Source: Anolis carolinensis
Taxonomy: Eukaryota
Reading direction: 5' to 3'
Assembly (NCBI RefSeq): GCF_035594765.1
Contig: NC_085841.1
Location: forward strand, 332,577,402-332,641,401
Length of the DNA stretch: 64,000 bases
A program made the translations under genes and the position numbers. Shown piece by piece: positions 24,826 through 36,489 of the stretch. The notes below the pieces were generated by a model that did not search any database, was not told the origin of the DNA, and saw nothing but the letters and a program-made list of their open reading frames with translations. Positions within the stretch are counted from its first letter, which is position 1. Each line of letters opens with the position of its first letter.

Positions 24826-26390
24826 ATCTTCAGTCTCATGGCAATCACATTGTTTAAGCAAATGAAAACTTATCATTGTTAGAACAATCACTTTCTCACC
24901 TCGCTGCACTTGCACTGCTCTGATGTTTTGGTGATACAAATTCCCACAATCAGTATTCTGCACAGCCTTGTTTTCTACCCATGTTTGCCTTACCTAGAAT
25001 GCACTTTTCTGTAGCTGCACAGTCACATATTTTCAGTGTTCTTGCAAGACCCTCCTCTGCTATACTGCAACAGAAGGAAACAACCACACAAAAATATAAT
25101 GGAGGAAACAGCAATGTTAGAGTCATTGACTTCCCCCTCCCCAATGAAAAGAGACTGTCTGATCGTGATTCAGGACACATATGGTGTTGTATAATAAATC
25201 CCAACCAAAGAAACTTTTATATTGTTATAACTATGCTTTATCAGCCTTGTGTTATATAGTCCTTACCCTCATATAGAACTATAGAAAATAACAGATAGAG
25301 TATAAGGTATAATGTAGAAACCTCTGAGTATTAGAATGTGTGTATATGTCACTGTGTTATTGGAACCAAAGAGACCGACATTCTGATAAAGATAGCCCAT
25401 GACAGAGAGAGAAAAACTACTTTCATATAGGCTTTGCAAATATAGATATAAATCACATTATTATTGTGATGGAGGCCCACTAAGAGGCTTATGGATACAA
25501 TAGCTGTTTTATTTAACAGCATTCAAGAGGAGTAACCCTTGGATATCTGTCAATGTCTGTTGAGAGATGTAGAGCTCAATCTCAACAGAAGAGATAGTAT
25601 TCTCAATGGATAAAAGGCTAATTTAGATTTTTAAGATGGTAAATAAATTGGTAAAGAAACCTATTAAAATGATGGAGAGGGAGGTTTAGTATTACGAAAG
25701 TGTACAATTTTATTTGCCATATCCTTTAAGGTAATTAATATGTGATGGCTTACATGCAATGTAATACGATGAAAGTTTTGGCCACCATCACATGATGACC
25801 AGAAGGTGATAATGGACCCTCAATCTCCCAGTCTAAAGAGATGAGTGGTGAAGATTAGCTATTTCAATGGGGTTGTAACAGGGTCAACCCATTTTCAGGA
25901 TTCAATTCCTGTGCAATGTTAACATTTTCACTGGAGCTGTGTAACCAATAAAGGTATGACCCTTTCATTCCATGATATATTTGCTGTTTTTATTTGTTCA
26001 TATTTGTTTTATTTCCCCTCCCCTAGCCTGCAGTTCATTCTAGGAGCACAATTGTAATCAAACATGAGAGGTTGTTCTAATCCTGCAATTTAAACATTTC
26101 CACAACTTTTCAAGGCCTTCTTACACTTTATATGAGCTAAAACAATTTTCCTTGTTATAAGAGGTAACTACCATAGTTCTAGATAATAGCCATTGTGCTA
26201 TGTGTTGTAATGGAAGGAAGTCCTTTATGCGTGTGGTCAGTTGTAGTGAATTGTGTAATAGCTATTTAGAGCTATTTTTTTGGATAACATGAAAGAATTG
26301 ACTGGGGAAATAATGCATGTGCTTCACTGGAGCAGCCTCTGATAAAAAGTGATAGTGGTATTCTCAGATGTGAACCATGTTTTCCTCTGT

Positions 26391-27098
26391 TGTTGTCTTA
26401 CACTCTAACAGAACACTACACTACTCTTGAGTTTACACATAGTAAAGGTAACTCTGGTTTATGGGGTCGGGCAGTGGCTTCATTTGTGTAAGAAGCTAGT
26501 AAGACTCATTAGGGCAAGGTTTGCTGATGTATCCAAAAAAAACCCCAGCTATGTCAGTTAGGAGGAACCAATAGAACCAGCAATGCTAAAGAAGAGATAA
26601 AACAACTCACTTACTTCAGCATGGTAATCTGAAACAGGTGGGAAAGGGGGTGGCTGTAGAAGAGCTAGCCAGGTGAATGACCTAAAAGGAAGGGCAATTT
26701 TTTTAAGCAAACTGGCCAGGCCCAGCAATGCTTCCTGTGATTATCATGGAAGAAGCAACTGTAGGCAGCTAATTGTGGGGACCTAGGCATCCTCTTTGTG
26801 CCCAGAAAATTTAGAGGTAACAGTCTTGGTCAACCATTAAGAAGAAGTTTGGAATTTTAGAGTCAAAGAAAGGTTTACTTAGATGAAGAAACACTAGAAA
26901 GCTTGCAAAAGGCTGTGATGTAGCGGTCCCTTTGGAGAGGCCCTATTTGACAGGACTTGGTATTATGAGACTTGAGGAAGAAAACCCTGATTGAACCAAG
27001 CAATAAAACATCTTGAACCAAAGAACCTGGTGTAAGTCTATGGACTTCCAAAAGCAGAGTGTTGGTGATTGATATTTCCATGTCCGAAGAGGACAACA
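26391..27098 (+). mobile_element. Solo LTR (4-bp TSD; Gypsy- or ERV-like)
   Basis: Perfect TGTTGTC...GACAACA termini, CTGT duplicated on both sides, CCAAT at ~26568 and AATAAA at 27002. Confidence 0.75.
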
Positions 27099-27530
27099 CT
27101 GTTTCAACCAGTGAGCAAACTAGACTCAAAAAGTAGAAGTAAAGATTGAGGGTAAACAAAATTAACATAGTAAGAACTCAAGAAGATCATCACGCATTTT
27201 CAAGAAAACAGAAGCAACTAATTGTTGCTAACATCTCTGCCACTTCACATAACCTGTCTTCTCACATTCTCTCTGTAGACTCAATGCAGCATGGTCCATT
27301 TATATTAGCTTTTCATTGCTAACAATACAAGTAAACTTTTCTTTTTCAAAAAAGTTGCCAGAGACCATTATTTCATGAAATGCAGATTCCTCTTTGGTTG
27401 GACTCTGCAGATAATGTTAATTATATATTTTATTTTATTTTTAAAAAAGTAAGATAGCTCCATCCTGGAAATATGTAGAATAATTTAAATAAACATTAAA
27501 AATCAAACTAACTTAACTCCAATTATAGAT

Positions 27531-27709
27531 TACCCTGTCATAAGGTTTTCTTGGCTGGATTTATTCAGAGCAGGTTTGCTATTGTCTTCCACTGAATCTG
27601 AAAGAATGGGCCTTGTCCAAGGTTGGGTTTACACACCTAAGCAAGGTTTAGAATCCTGGTCTTGCAGAGTCCCTGTCCAATACTCAAATCACTACATCAT
27701 GGTGGCTCT
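27531..27709 (-). mobile_element. Degenerate tRNA-derived SINE (second family)
   Basis: Reverse complement of the element at 63088-63297; a 3' fragment also occurs at ~50030-50120. Confidence 0.7.
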
Positions 27710-28707
27710 TAAGAAAATTTAGTACTATCAAAATGTATGTAAATTATTAAAATCATTTTTATGAGAGCGTTCATTTTTAGCCCCTAAATTCCCATCGTTA
27801 TCTCCAAAGAATACTTGAGATCCGAATTTATTGAACCTTTCCAAATGGTAAGTTTCAAAAGTAGAGAATGAGGCTGTGGGATGTGGCATACTAAAAAAGG
27901 TGTTTAGTGTGTTCTTGAGAGATGCAAGGGTCAAACCAGAGAATTTCTTTTGGCCCCAGCAGTTCACCAGACATTCCCTTGTACTAGAAATAAGGTGAAA
28001 GCCTATTTTTGTATCAGATCACTGGTATCTGATTTTATGTTACATTAGGTCATATGTGCACTTGAGAATACTAAGACCTTTAATAATACTGCCACTTTTG
28101 AATGTTTGTATTAGAGGCACCTGGAGATTGACCCTGAGGCATTGTGCATGCGGAACATGCATGGTTTGTCATTGATCTGTGGAACAAGAAAGAAGAAATT
28201 TCTTCATTTTTACCTTTGCAGGCAGTTGATCTCATTTCCCCCCCCAGTTCTGTTCACTAAAAGAGCTCCAATAGGAAGACATGATACATTGCAGATGAAG
28301 TTTTCAGTCTACATTTCTTCCACATTTGAGTATTCTTATGTAGATGCAGATATATATAATTAAAAAAAAACAATTAGTACTGGAGAGTATACAAAAATGT
28401 TTTCTCACACTTTACAATCTGGTTATATAAACTGGTCCTTAATGAGCATACTGAAAGAGATATTACTTTTCAGCAGTTATAAATACCGTATGTTAAATTA
28501 TGGTTTATAATGTGAATTTATATAATGTGCAAAATTACTTGAAACTCTCTGTACAGAAGGAAACAAACATCAATAAATCTTTGCCTTGTTGTCAAGAGTT
28601 AACTACTTAAGATGTTCTACTTGGGCATGTCAGTGATGTTCAGAACAATTTTTAAATGTGCCACTGACTAGAGTAGTTAGTTTATTAAGTGATGGCAAGT
28701 TAAATCT

Positions 28708-28732
28708 AAATAAATAAATAAATAAATAAATA
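28708..28732 (+). repeat. (TAAA)n microsatellite
   Basis: About 6 units. Confidence 0.9.
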
Positions 28733-30314
28733 TTGATGTACTAAAAGCTAATAGGAGACCACATATCAGGAATGGGTTTACTGTATGGAACTTTTGAAAA
28801 CTAATATTGATTCTCATTATTTTTAAATGATTACAAAGATTGCATGTGTTTTGTAATAATCTCTATTGTCTAATTAGAACAAGCATGAAATGAGCTCATT
28901 CTGGCTGCTAACAAATATCGACTTGAACAACCAAATCTGCCTTATATGACTGCTGAGAGCTTGTTGGCAAAGATTCTGCATCCTTGTTACTAAATGATTA
29001 AACTGGGGTTAGAAAATGGGCCAGAGGATCTGGTAGAGCTGAAACAATTATGCTCCAAAATATCCCTGCAGAATTATCTGTTGAAAATGCAGACAGTCCA
29101 TTGGTTCTGAAATATTTTCTAAATTTTGGATATCTGTTTCTGACTCCTTGTGACATTTGGCTTTAACAGTTGCATCTGCTGATATACTGCTTGTTTTGAT
29201 TACTTGACATGTTGTGCCATTTATTAATGTTGTTGTTGGCAGTACCACATTATTACTATCTCAGAAGCCCTGCTATCCCAGCATATTGTTCACAGTGACA
29301 TATACTGGCCAAGGAATTTTTGTGCATTGGAGATAATTGGTACTGGCAGGTTGTTGGGTACATGTTTAAGTTCACACCTGGCATGTTGAAGCTGAGCATT
29401 ACTCAGTGTGAGCAGAGATTGCATTAGAACCCAACTGAGTTCATTGAACCTTATCAAAGTGGGACTTTACAGAGCAGAACAGATGCAAAACAGCTTGATC
29501 ACAAGTCATTGCCTTCTTATAACATACTCAACCAATGAAGAATCTTGACTGTATTCAAAATACCTAGGTTTCCTTAGAAGATAAGATTGAGGTGTTTGGC
29601 TTATATCTTTTAATAAGACAATCTTTAATTGATTGCTTTGTCTTTTTAACAGTAAAAGCACTTGAAAAGTAATAGTAATAAACTAAATGTTAAATGTATC
29701 CTGAACAAATGAGAGAGTATAATTTTGATTTCCTTGGCATTTTTCAGTTATGAACTCCATTTCCCTCCAAGCTGAACTCCTTTTGAGATGGGAGCCTTGA
29801 GGCTCAGGTGTGGGTTTAATAATGAAAAAAAGCCCAGTTAAGTAAGATATCAAACCACACTAGGAACCCTGATCTGGCAGTGCCAGTGAAGCAAAAGAAT
29901 GTTCAGATCCAAGCTGTGCCCTGATACTGTAACTCCAGCAACAATTCTGTTAGGCCCGATGCCAGACTTAGCATCACTGTTCACATTACCTGTGGTAATA
30001 TTCTGTTTGCCAAGCAATCTGAATATGAAGTCCATATCTAAATGCTGGAAGATTCCACTCAAAATGATTAGTAATTGAATTTCAGGAGAATCGCCATATC
30101 ATTTTTGGAGGAATTGGTTAACAATATGAGAAAAACTTCATTGCCTTTAGGATGTTAGATGTCAAAAGTAATGTTCTTCCTATGCTAATGGTGTTATCTG
30201 GAATCTTCTGATGTGGAATCTGGACCCAAGAGACCTAGAATCAAGGCCCTCTTGGCCTTCTTACTCTGCGTTTTAAGGGTATGCCTAAAAATATAATGCA
30301 TGAATATGACAGAT

Positions 30315-30403
30315 TTTTATTTTATTACATTTCTACCCCACCCTTCTCACCCATGGGGGAGTGGGGGGACTCAGGGCAGCAAAATTTAAGAAATGTGTGG
30401 ATC

Positions 30404-30447
<44 letters not shown>

Positions 30448-30760
30448 TAATTTTATTTTTATACCCCGCCCCATCTCCCTGAAGGGACTCGGGGCGGCTT
30501 ACATGGGGCCTTGCCCGATAAAACAATCAAATATCAATAACACAGCAATAAAACAATTATCCCAATAAAAACATCAATATCAGTAAAAACAATCATTAAA
30601 ATCGACATCAAACTTACAATATTAAAAAACAGGAGATTAATTCATAGAACCCGGGCAAAGTGCAGAATGTGCCGAAATGGGGAAGGTAATTTCACAGTTG
30701 AAATGGACAATAAAATGCAGTATAACATTGGCAACACCTCAAGAATGGGGCTATTATAAA
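30315..30760 (-). mobile_element. Two stacked L2 3' ends separated by a (TAA)n tail
   Basis: tacccacccttctc...gggactcagggcagc (30335-30380) and ataccccgccccatctccc...gggactcggggcggcttaca (30461-30503), both reverse complements of the L2 terminus; (TAA)n at 30406-30447. Confidence 0.8.
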
Positions 30761-30766
30761 ATGGGC

Positions 30767-30789
30767 AGATAGATAGATAGATAGATAGC
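30767..30789 (+). repeat. (GATA)n microsatellite
   Basis: About 5 units. Confidence 0.85.
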
Positions 30790-32163
30790 GACTCTCTTTG
30801 GCCAGGGCTGGCTCCGAATTGAAGGAGTTATTTTGATTTGTTCTTGGGTTTTGTATAAAACTGCATTAAACCAAGGACTGTCTTGAGTAAGATCCTGTTT
30901 CATACGAATCTGTAATAAGCAACAGTTTTGTGTAAAAATAGAGATGAAAAACAGATTTATCTTTTCCAAATATTAATGCAAAACATTTTCCACATTTTCT
31001 AATATCAGTGCAATATATTTCCCATATTTTTCTGGAGGAGTACACAGATTTCAGTTTCAGGTTTCTGGTTTGAAGTAATTATTCTTCACATGAACTAAAT
31101 CTAAGAGTACATATCCTCTTTATACCCCTGTCCATTGGTTCAGACATGAATTGTTCCCTTTCTTCCTCTTAACCTCCTCTTTAGTTCCTGCTTCCATTTT
31201 TTACATTCCTTAAATCTTCTTCCAAACTCATTCCTTGGGGTAATCAATATCTTGCTCAGCTGGAACACTGTTACCAGGGAAACCTATGCAACCAGCAGGC
31301 CAGGACCTCATTGAGATGCATCAGAGATGACCGGGCATGTCTGAGGGCAAATGGTCTTGGCATGGACAGCTCAGCCACTAGAAGGCCTGACCAGAATGCT
31401 CAAAGGGAGCTTGCATCATTTCAATATTTCTGGCTTCCATTCTGGGTACTAGTTTGATAAATAGAGGTATTTTGACATACTCAGCAGAAAAAAGGGGTTG
31501 GGAGAAGTGATGCCAAGGGACCATATCGCTTTATGGGAAAGACTCGGTTGGATGGAGATACCAATAAATATGTTAATCTCTTTTCCTCATGCATAGTACT
31601 TATAGTCTAGTCCCTTCACTGGGAATTCTTTCTATGAGGCATGAGATGGATATGGGATTGCTAGAATTTTCAGGATTCCATGAAACCTCTGTTTAAAATG
31701 TTCTGTCGTATCAAGGGGTGGGGGTCTGAAGAAGTGTGTGCAGTAATCTGTGATATTGTTATATATTTTAATTTTTAAAAGAAGCTTAAGTAAATATTTG
31801 AAGGTAGCAGTTCTATGTTGGTACAAAGTTAGATGAATTCTAATACAATTATTCTTTCTGAAATGCTGAACCTACAGCTCATCACATCACTTTGTTAATC
31901 CACCGATGAGAGAATTTACTCCTTTGTGTGAATAAAGCATTTGTAGACATAGTAGTCTTTGCAACATCCTTTTCTGTATATTTCTCTTTGCACTGTAAAC
32001 CCTATTTGCGGGGCCATGGTGGGTGATTTTGGCAGGCTGTGTGTGTTTATCTGTGGCTTGTACTGACAGGAAGATGCTCTAAAGTTCAGTGTTTTGAGTA
32101 AAAAGAACAACAATCAGAAGGCCCTACTCTGTGGACTTGACAAAGAAGCTTCAGTGAGAAATA

Positions 32164-33071
32164 TGTCATTGATAAATAGGATGTATGGTTTGAATGGAAT
32201 TGTATGAAAGGTGTATGAATGGGGCCTAATTGGGCTGAACACACAATTCTAAAAAGAATGAGGCCTGGAAAACTACAAGAAGGAGGTGAAGACTTTAATT
32301 AAAAGTTGTTGAACTGTTGACATTGATGACCTATGACAAATGATTAACTGTTGACATTGCAGACTCAATTAACTCTTGGTGGAAACACCTTGTTTACATT
32401 GCCAAAGACAATGGCTCTTTAAGTTAATGAAATGTTTACAAGGTTCCTTATGTTAAGAAGGAAGTCAACACAAGGATCCTTACATTTACCAACACCAATT
32501 AAGAAGAGTCAACATCTGTCCAGGAAATGAGATAGAATCAACATGTTTCAGGCTGAAAAAACATCTACTGTATGATTAATTTACAACTTTGGAAAAACAT
32601 CAACAGAAATATTGCTATATAAGAGGCCTTCTAATATTCCAGAATTTTGACAGTCAACTGTACTGTTCACCCACCACGCTCTGTAGAAAAACATGGTGTA
32701 CCTTGGAGTGTCAGATCTGCTAGGGGAAAGCAGGATTCTGGACACTTGCCTCCTTTTTTCAAGGGAAGAGAAAAGAGTGTAATTTTGGAGTCATGATACG
32801 TTTGCAAGGAAGTAGGGTCTGGCCTAAGCAGGTGCTTCTCCAAGGAGGGAGAAAGGAAATGGTAATATTTGTATGCAAGAGGATGAATGAATGTGTATGG
32901 GCAACGCTGAGTAAAAATGTAATTCCGCTCTATTTGTTAGCCAATGTAACTGTGGATTGTTTGTGGATTCAGTGTAGTTATATATAATCTGTATGTTTAA
33001 ATGTTCTGTAAATGTTCTGACACACTGAAATTGTAATAAAAAGAACCTTTGTTTAAAAAGTATTCATGACA
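32164..33071 (+). mobile_element. Solo LTR candidate
   Basis: TGTCAT...ATGACA termini; flanks aata/atta (4 bp, 1 mismatch); TATATAA at ~32616, AATAAA at ~33035; internal duplicated aactgttgacattg. Confidence 0.6.
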
Positions 33072-33080
33072 ATTAGATGT

Positions 33081-33300
33081 ACAGTTGGCTGTCCACATTT
33101 GCAGTTTGAGTTTTGCAGATTTGAGTATTCATAAATTTGATTAAAATGTTATTTCTCGGAATCTCTTAACCACTCCAGTGTGATTCAGAAGTTGACTATA
33201 AAGTCATGCTGGAAGACCTAGAGATTCCTAGGGAAAACACCTCTGTAGAAAACTCTAGCCTCTTCAGTGAAATTCTTTGGTCAGCTTCTCATGGAAGGTA
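33081..33300 (+). mobile_element. Tigger-like MITE remnant
   Basis: TA|cagttggctgtccacatttgcag start; related remnants at ~42950-43165 and ~43790-43985. Confidence 0.55.
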
Positions 33301-34786
33301 GTGGAACATAATCATGTGTATACGCTGATAGAGATTAAGTGCAGTAAGTCAATCAATCTGTCTCTCAGACAGGGACCATCCTTTCCCCAGCTTCATCTGT
33401 GGAAGAATTGGCAGACATTTGCCTTGAGTAATACTGGTAGGGATAAACGGTATATGTTTCATGTGCAGACAAATAGTTCTCCAGGGAATCCTTGGGGAAA
33501 ATCAAATTTACTGTTGCCAAAAGTGAAAGCCCTTCAAACGCATTGCTGGCCTTTGCCATGTTGTCAATATACAGACGCAAAAAGCTTATGGCCCATTTCT
33601 TGTTGCCTGATTATGCACACTCATGACTGAGTGGCTCTGCTTAGCAGAGCAGAAGAACTTGAGAAGAACCCACCTCTGAACTTTGCTCATTTTCCTCTTG
33701 ACCAACTGTTGTCAGGGGAAAGGAGGTTGGTGGGGACTGTTTGATTAGATACAGGTTTGCCTCTTTTTGCTGCACTTATTGTCTGTGGCTTCTGTCATGT
33801 AGCTTTTGCAGTAACAAAAGAAGACTTAATTTCGGAGGCTCAAAGAGTGGTTTTGACTATATCTTTCTCTGCCATCCTGAATTTCTTTTCCCTTTTCCTG
33901 TCCTCCTGGTCACATTTTTATGTGGGGGAGAATATTTAGGGGGAATTATTGCTTTTTCTTTGTTTTGCATTTAATTAATTGTGAATGTACTTCTTGACAC
34001 AATCTTTTTGACTGGTCATTTTTTTTTTGAAGAATACACTTCCTTTTTGGTTTTTATGGTTCTCACCAGACTTTTTGCATATTTTTGTGTGATTTCATCA
34101 CCATGCTGATTGTGGAATTCTAGAGTTGGAGTCCAGAGAAACAATATTTCAAAATTCTGGTTCATTTTGATCTTATGATCTAAAAGAGTAAGAAACGTGG
34201 TTTTATATTTAGAGGATGACTTGTTTTTAATGAAGGAAAGTCAGCAAAAGAGTGTCTCCAGTAGCATTAGAGGCATCCTAAAAAGAAGCCTGATTTTTAT
34301 TGTTTTGACTTAGCTTTTTATTCTCTCCTGCTACCTTTGCAATGAGCTGATTATCCAAGCAGAAGTTCTAGTTCATCACACACAATTAAATAAGCATTTC
34401 TACACACTTAAGAAATGGCCACCTTCACACAGCACAAGCTTCAAATGTAAGGTATCGGTATCTGGCTATTTCTAAAGTGATTCCTGAGTTGATTGGCAAG
34501 TGACTTATTTTTCAATTCTTTGCATAGAGACATGTAAAAATACCCAATTTAACATGCAATGGGAGTCTCCCCTTGCCTGTTTGTAAATAAAATGATGGCT
34601 TCATGGGGGGAAGAGCCGAGATGGACAGTATAAAATACTTTCTTCCATGATAATTTTTAGAACAAAGGAAGTAATTTATATCTTTTTAAAACAATGGCTA
34701 ATGTTCCGTCAGGTGATGTGGCTCCCGCTGAAATAAGTGTTATGGTGCCATAACTCAGCTTCACTGAAAGAGTGTTGAAGACAAAC

Positions 34787-35057
34787 GACCCCAGAAAAAC
34801 TGGTTTCTTAGGTCTGATGCCTTAACTCAGGTCTAGTTGAAGGATATTAGAGGAAATGATCCCAGAAAAAGTGGTTTCTTAATTTTGATGCCTGAACTCA
34901 GGTCTAGTTAAAGTTTATTAGGGAAAAAGACCCCCCCCCCCCAAAAAAGTGGTTTCTTAAGTTTAATACCTTAACTCAAGTCTAGTTGAAGGATATTAGG
35001 GGAAATGATTGCAGAAAAAGTGTTTTTTAAAGATGGATGCCTTAACTCAGGTCTGGG
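34787..35057 (+). repeat. Minisatellite, ~71-bp unit, ~3.7 copies
   Basis: Units start at 34787, 34858, 34929 and 35007 and share ccagaaaaagtggtttctta...gccttaactcaggtctagttgaaggatattag. Confidence 0.9.
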
Positions 35058-35279
35058 TATGAGGACAAACAACAGGGGAGGAGATAGTGGAAGGAGACAT
35101 ATTTCTCCCTGTGTGATGGTAAATCAAACGGATAAATTTTACAGAAAGTGGAGAGAAGGATTAGGTGTGATTGGGATAGGAAAATCTTCCATTTAATTTC
35201 AAAATGGGGCATGATTAAGCTTAAGAGAAAACCAACAATTTACTTCATTTTACTTATCCTGTGCGATGAAGTCCCTAAG

Positions 35280-36489
35280 CAGGCTTCTTAAACCTTTCCC
35301 ATTTGTGACCTCTTTCTGCATAAGAAATTTTTATGTGACCCCAGGTATATAGGTATATACAATAAGTATATAAATCAGACTTTTTCTGAAAATAAATCCA
35401 TATTTGCATGGTGTGATGACTCATGGGCCTTGTAGTCCTGTTCCTAGTACTATTGTGGCAGACGAAGAGGAAAACATGGGATTTTCTCCGGTTCAGCAAG
35501 AGCCGGAGCCTCTTCACCTGCAGGATGTTGATGTTTGCCCACAAGAATTCAGCCAAACAGGCCTTGGGCAGAACTCCCCCCCGTTTTCCAGGAGGGAAAA
35601 TTATTCTAAAGATAGGGGAGCCAGGGAGGCTAATCACAGAAGCCTGAGAATCGCTGCCAAACAAATGGATGATTAGGTCTGCTTCCATTGGGAAATTCTA
35701 AGGAGTCATGCATCTGGACAGAGTTGGGTTTTGCTTCTCGTTCTCTAGGGAAAGAGTTCTGTTGGCGGGAAAACGAGACCCAATATAGGTGTTTGGCGCA
35801 AGGGATACTTTGCGGAGTCAATTGGTCAGCTTGAGGAGAGAGATCGTGTGTGGACTTCGTAATCCCAGTTCCTTGCTTCCCGGATCAAGCTTCAAGCCTT
35901 GCCTTGTCTCACGGTTTTACCACGGACTCTGTTTCATGCTTCATGTTCGTCTTGCCTCCAGTCACGGATCTAGTCAAGAATCAAGTTTATTTCCAGCCTT
36001 GTTGTCAAGCTTCATTGGACTTTAAAGACTCTGTTATTTCCCCACACTATTGCTTGGCAAAGTGTGTGTTTCGGTCAAGTGGATTAAAACTTTGAACTCT
36101 AATATCTTATATTGGACAATACATTTCTGGACTATATTTGACCTTATCTGAAAGGTCTGCTTATGAACTATATTCTTCACTTGTTTTTATTGATTTTATA
36201 TATTTCTTTAATAAAGATATTAGATAGAGACTGGCCTCTGTGTAAGGTTATTGGTGCTCTGCAGCCAGGGTCCTGACACATGGCTTGCTAAATAGGTTGA
36301 TTTTCCTTTTTTGTGGAGTACAGCTGAAGCATTCACTGCAGAGTTTACAGTAAACACTGCATGATGTTACTAAGAGATTTGTATAAATGGTGATGTTCAG
36401 AAAGCCTTTAATGTTGCCAAATTTCAGACCTCAATATAGGGCTAAGGGGACCTCATTTAGTATTGGGACCCAATATTTAAGAAGCAGTG
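35280..36489. mobile_element. hAT-type MITE split by a solo LTR
   Basis: Termini caggcttcttaaa / tttaagaagcagtg with gtgacc / gggaccc subterminal motifs; arms 35280-35411 and 36279-36489. Confidence 0.6.
35412..36278 (+). mobile_element. Solo LTR (5-bp TSD)
   Basis: TGTGA...TGACA termini; perfect CATGG TSD (35407-35411, 36279-36283); AATAAA at ~36210; locally CpG-rich, suggesting a young insertion. Confidence 0.85.

Noticed and set aside
25465-25980. Possible fourth solo LTR (TGTGAT start, AATAAA at ~25946)
   Set aside because: No clean CA terminus or TSD.
34787-35057. CRISPR-like array
   Set aside because: Units are similar along their whole length with no unique spacers, there are no cas genes, and the context is eukaryotic.
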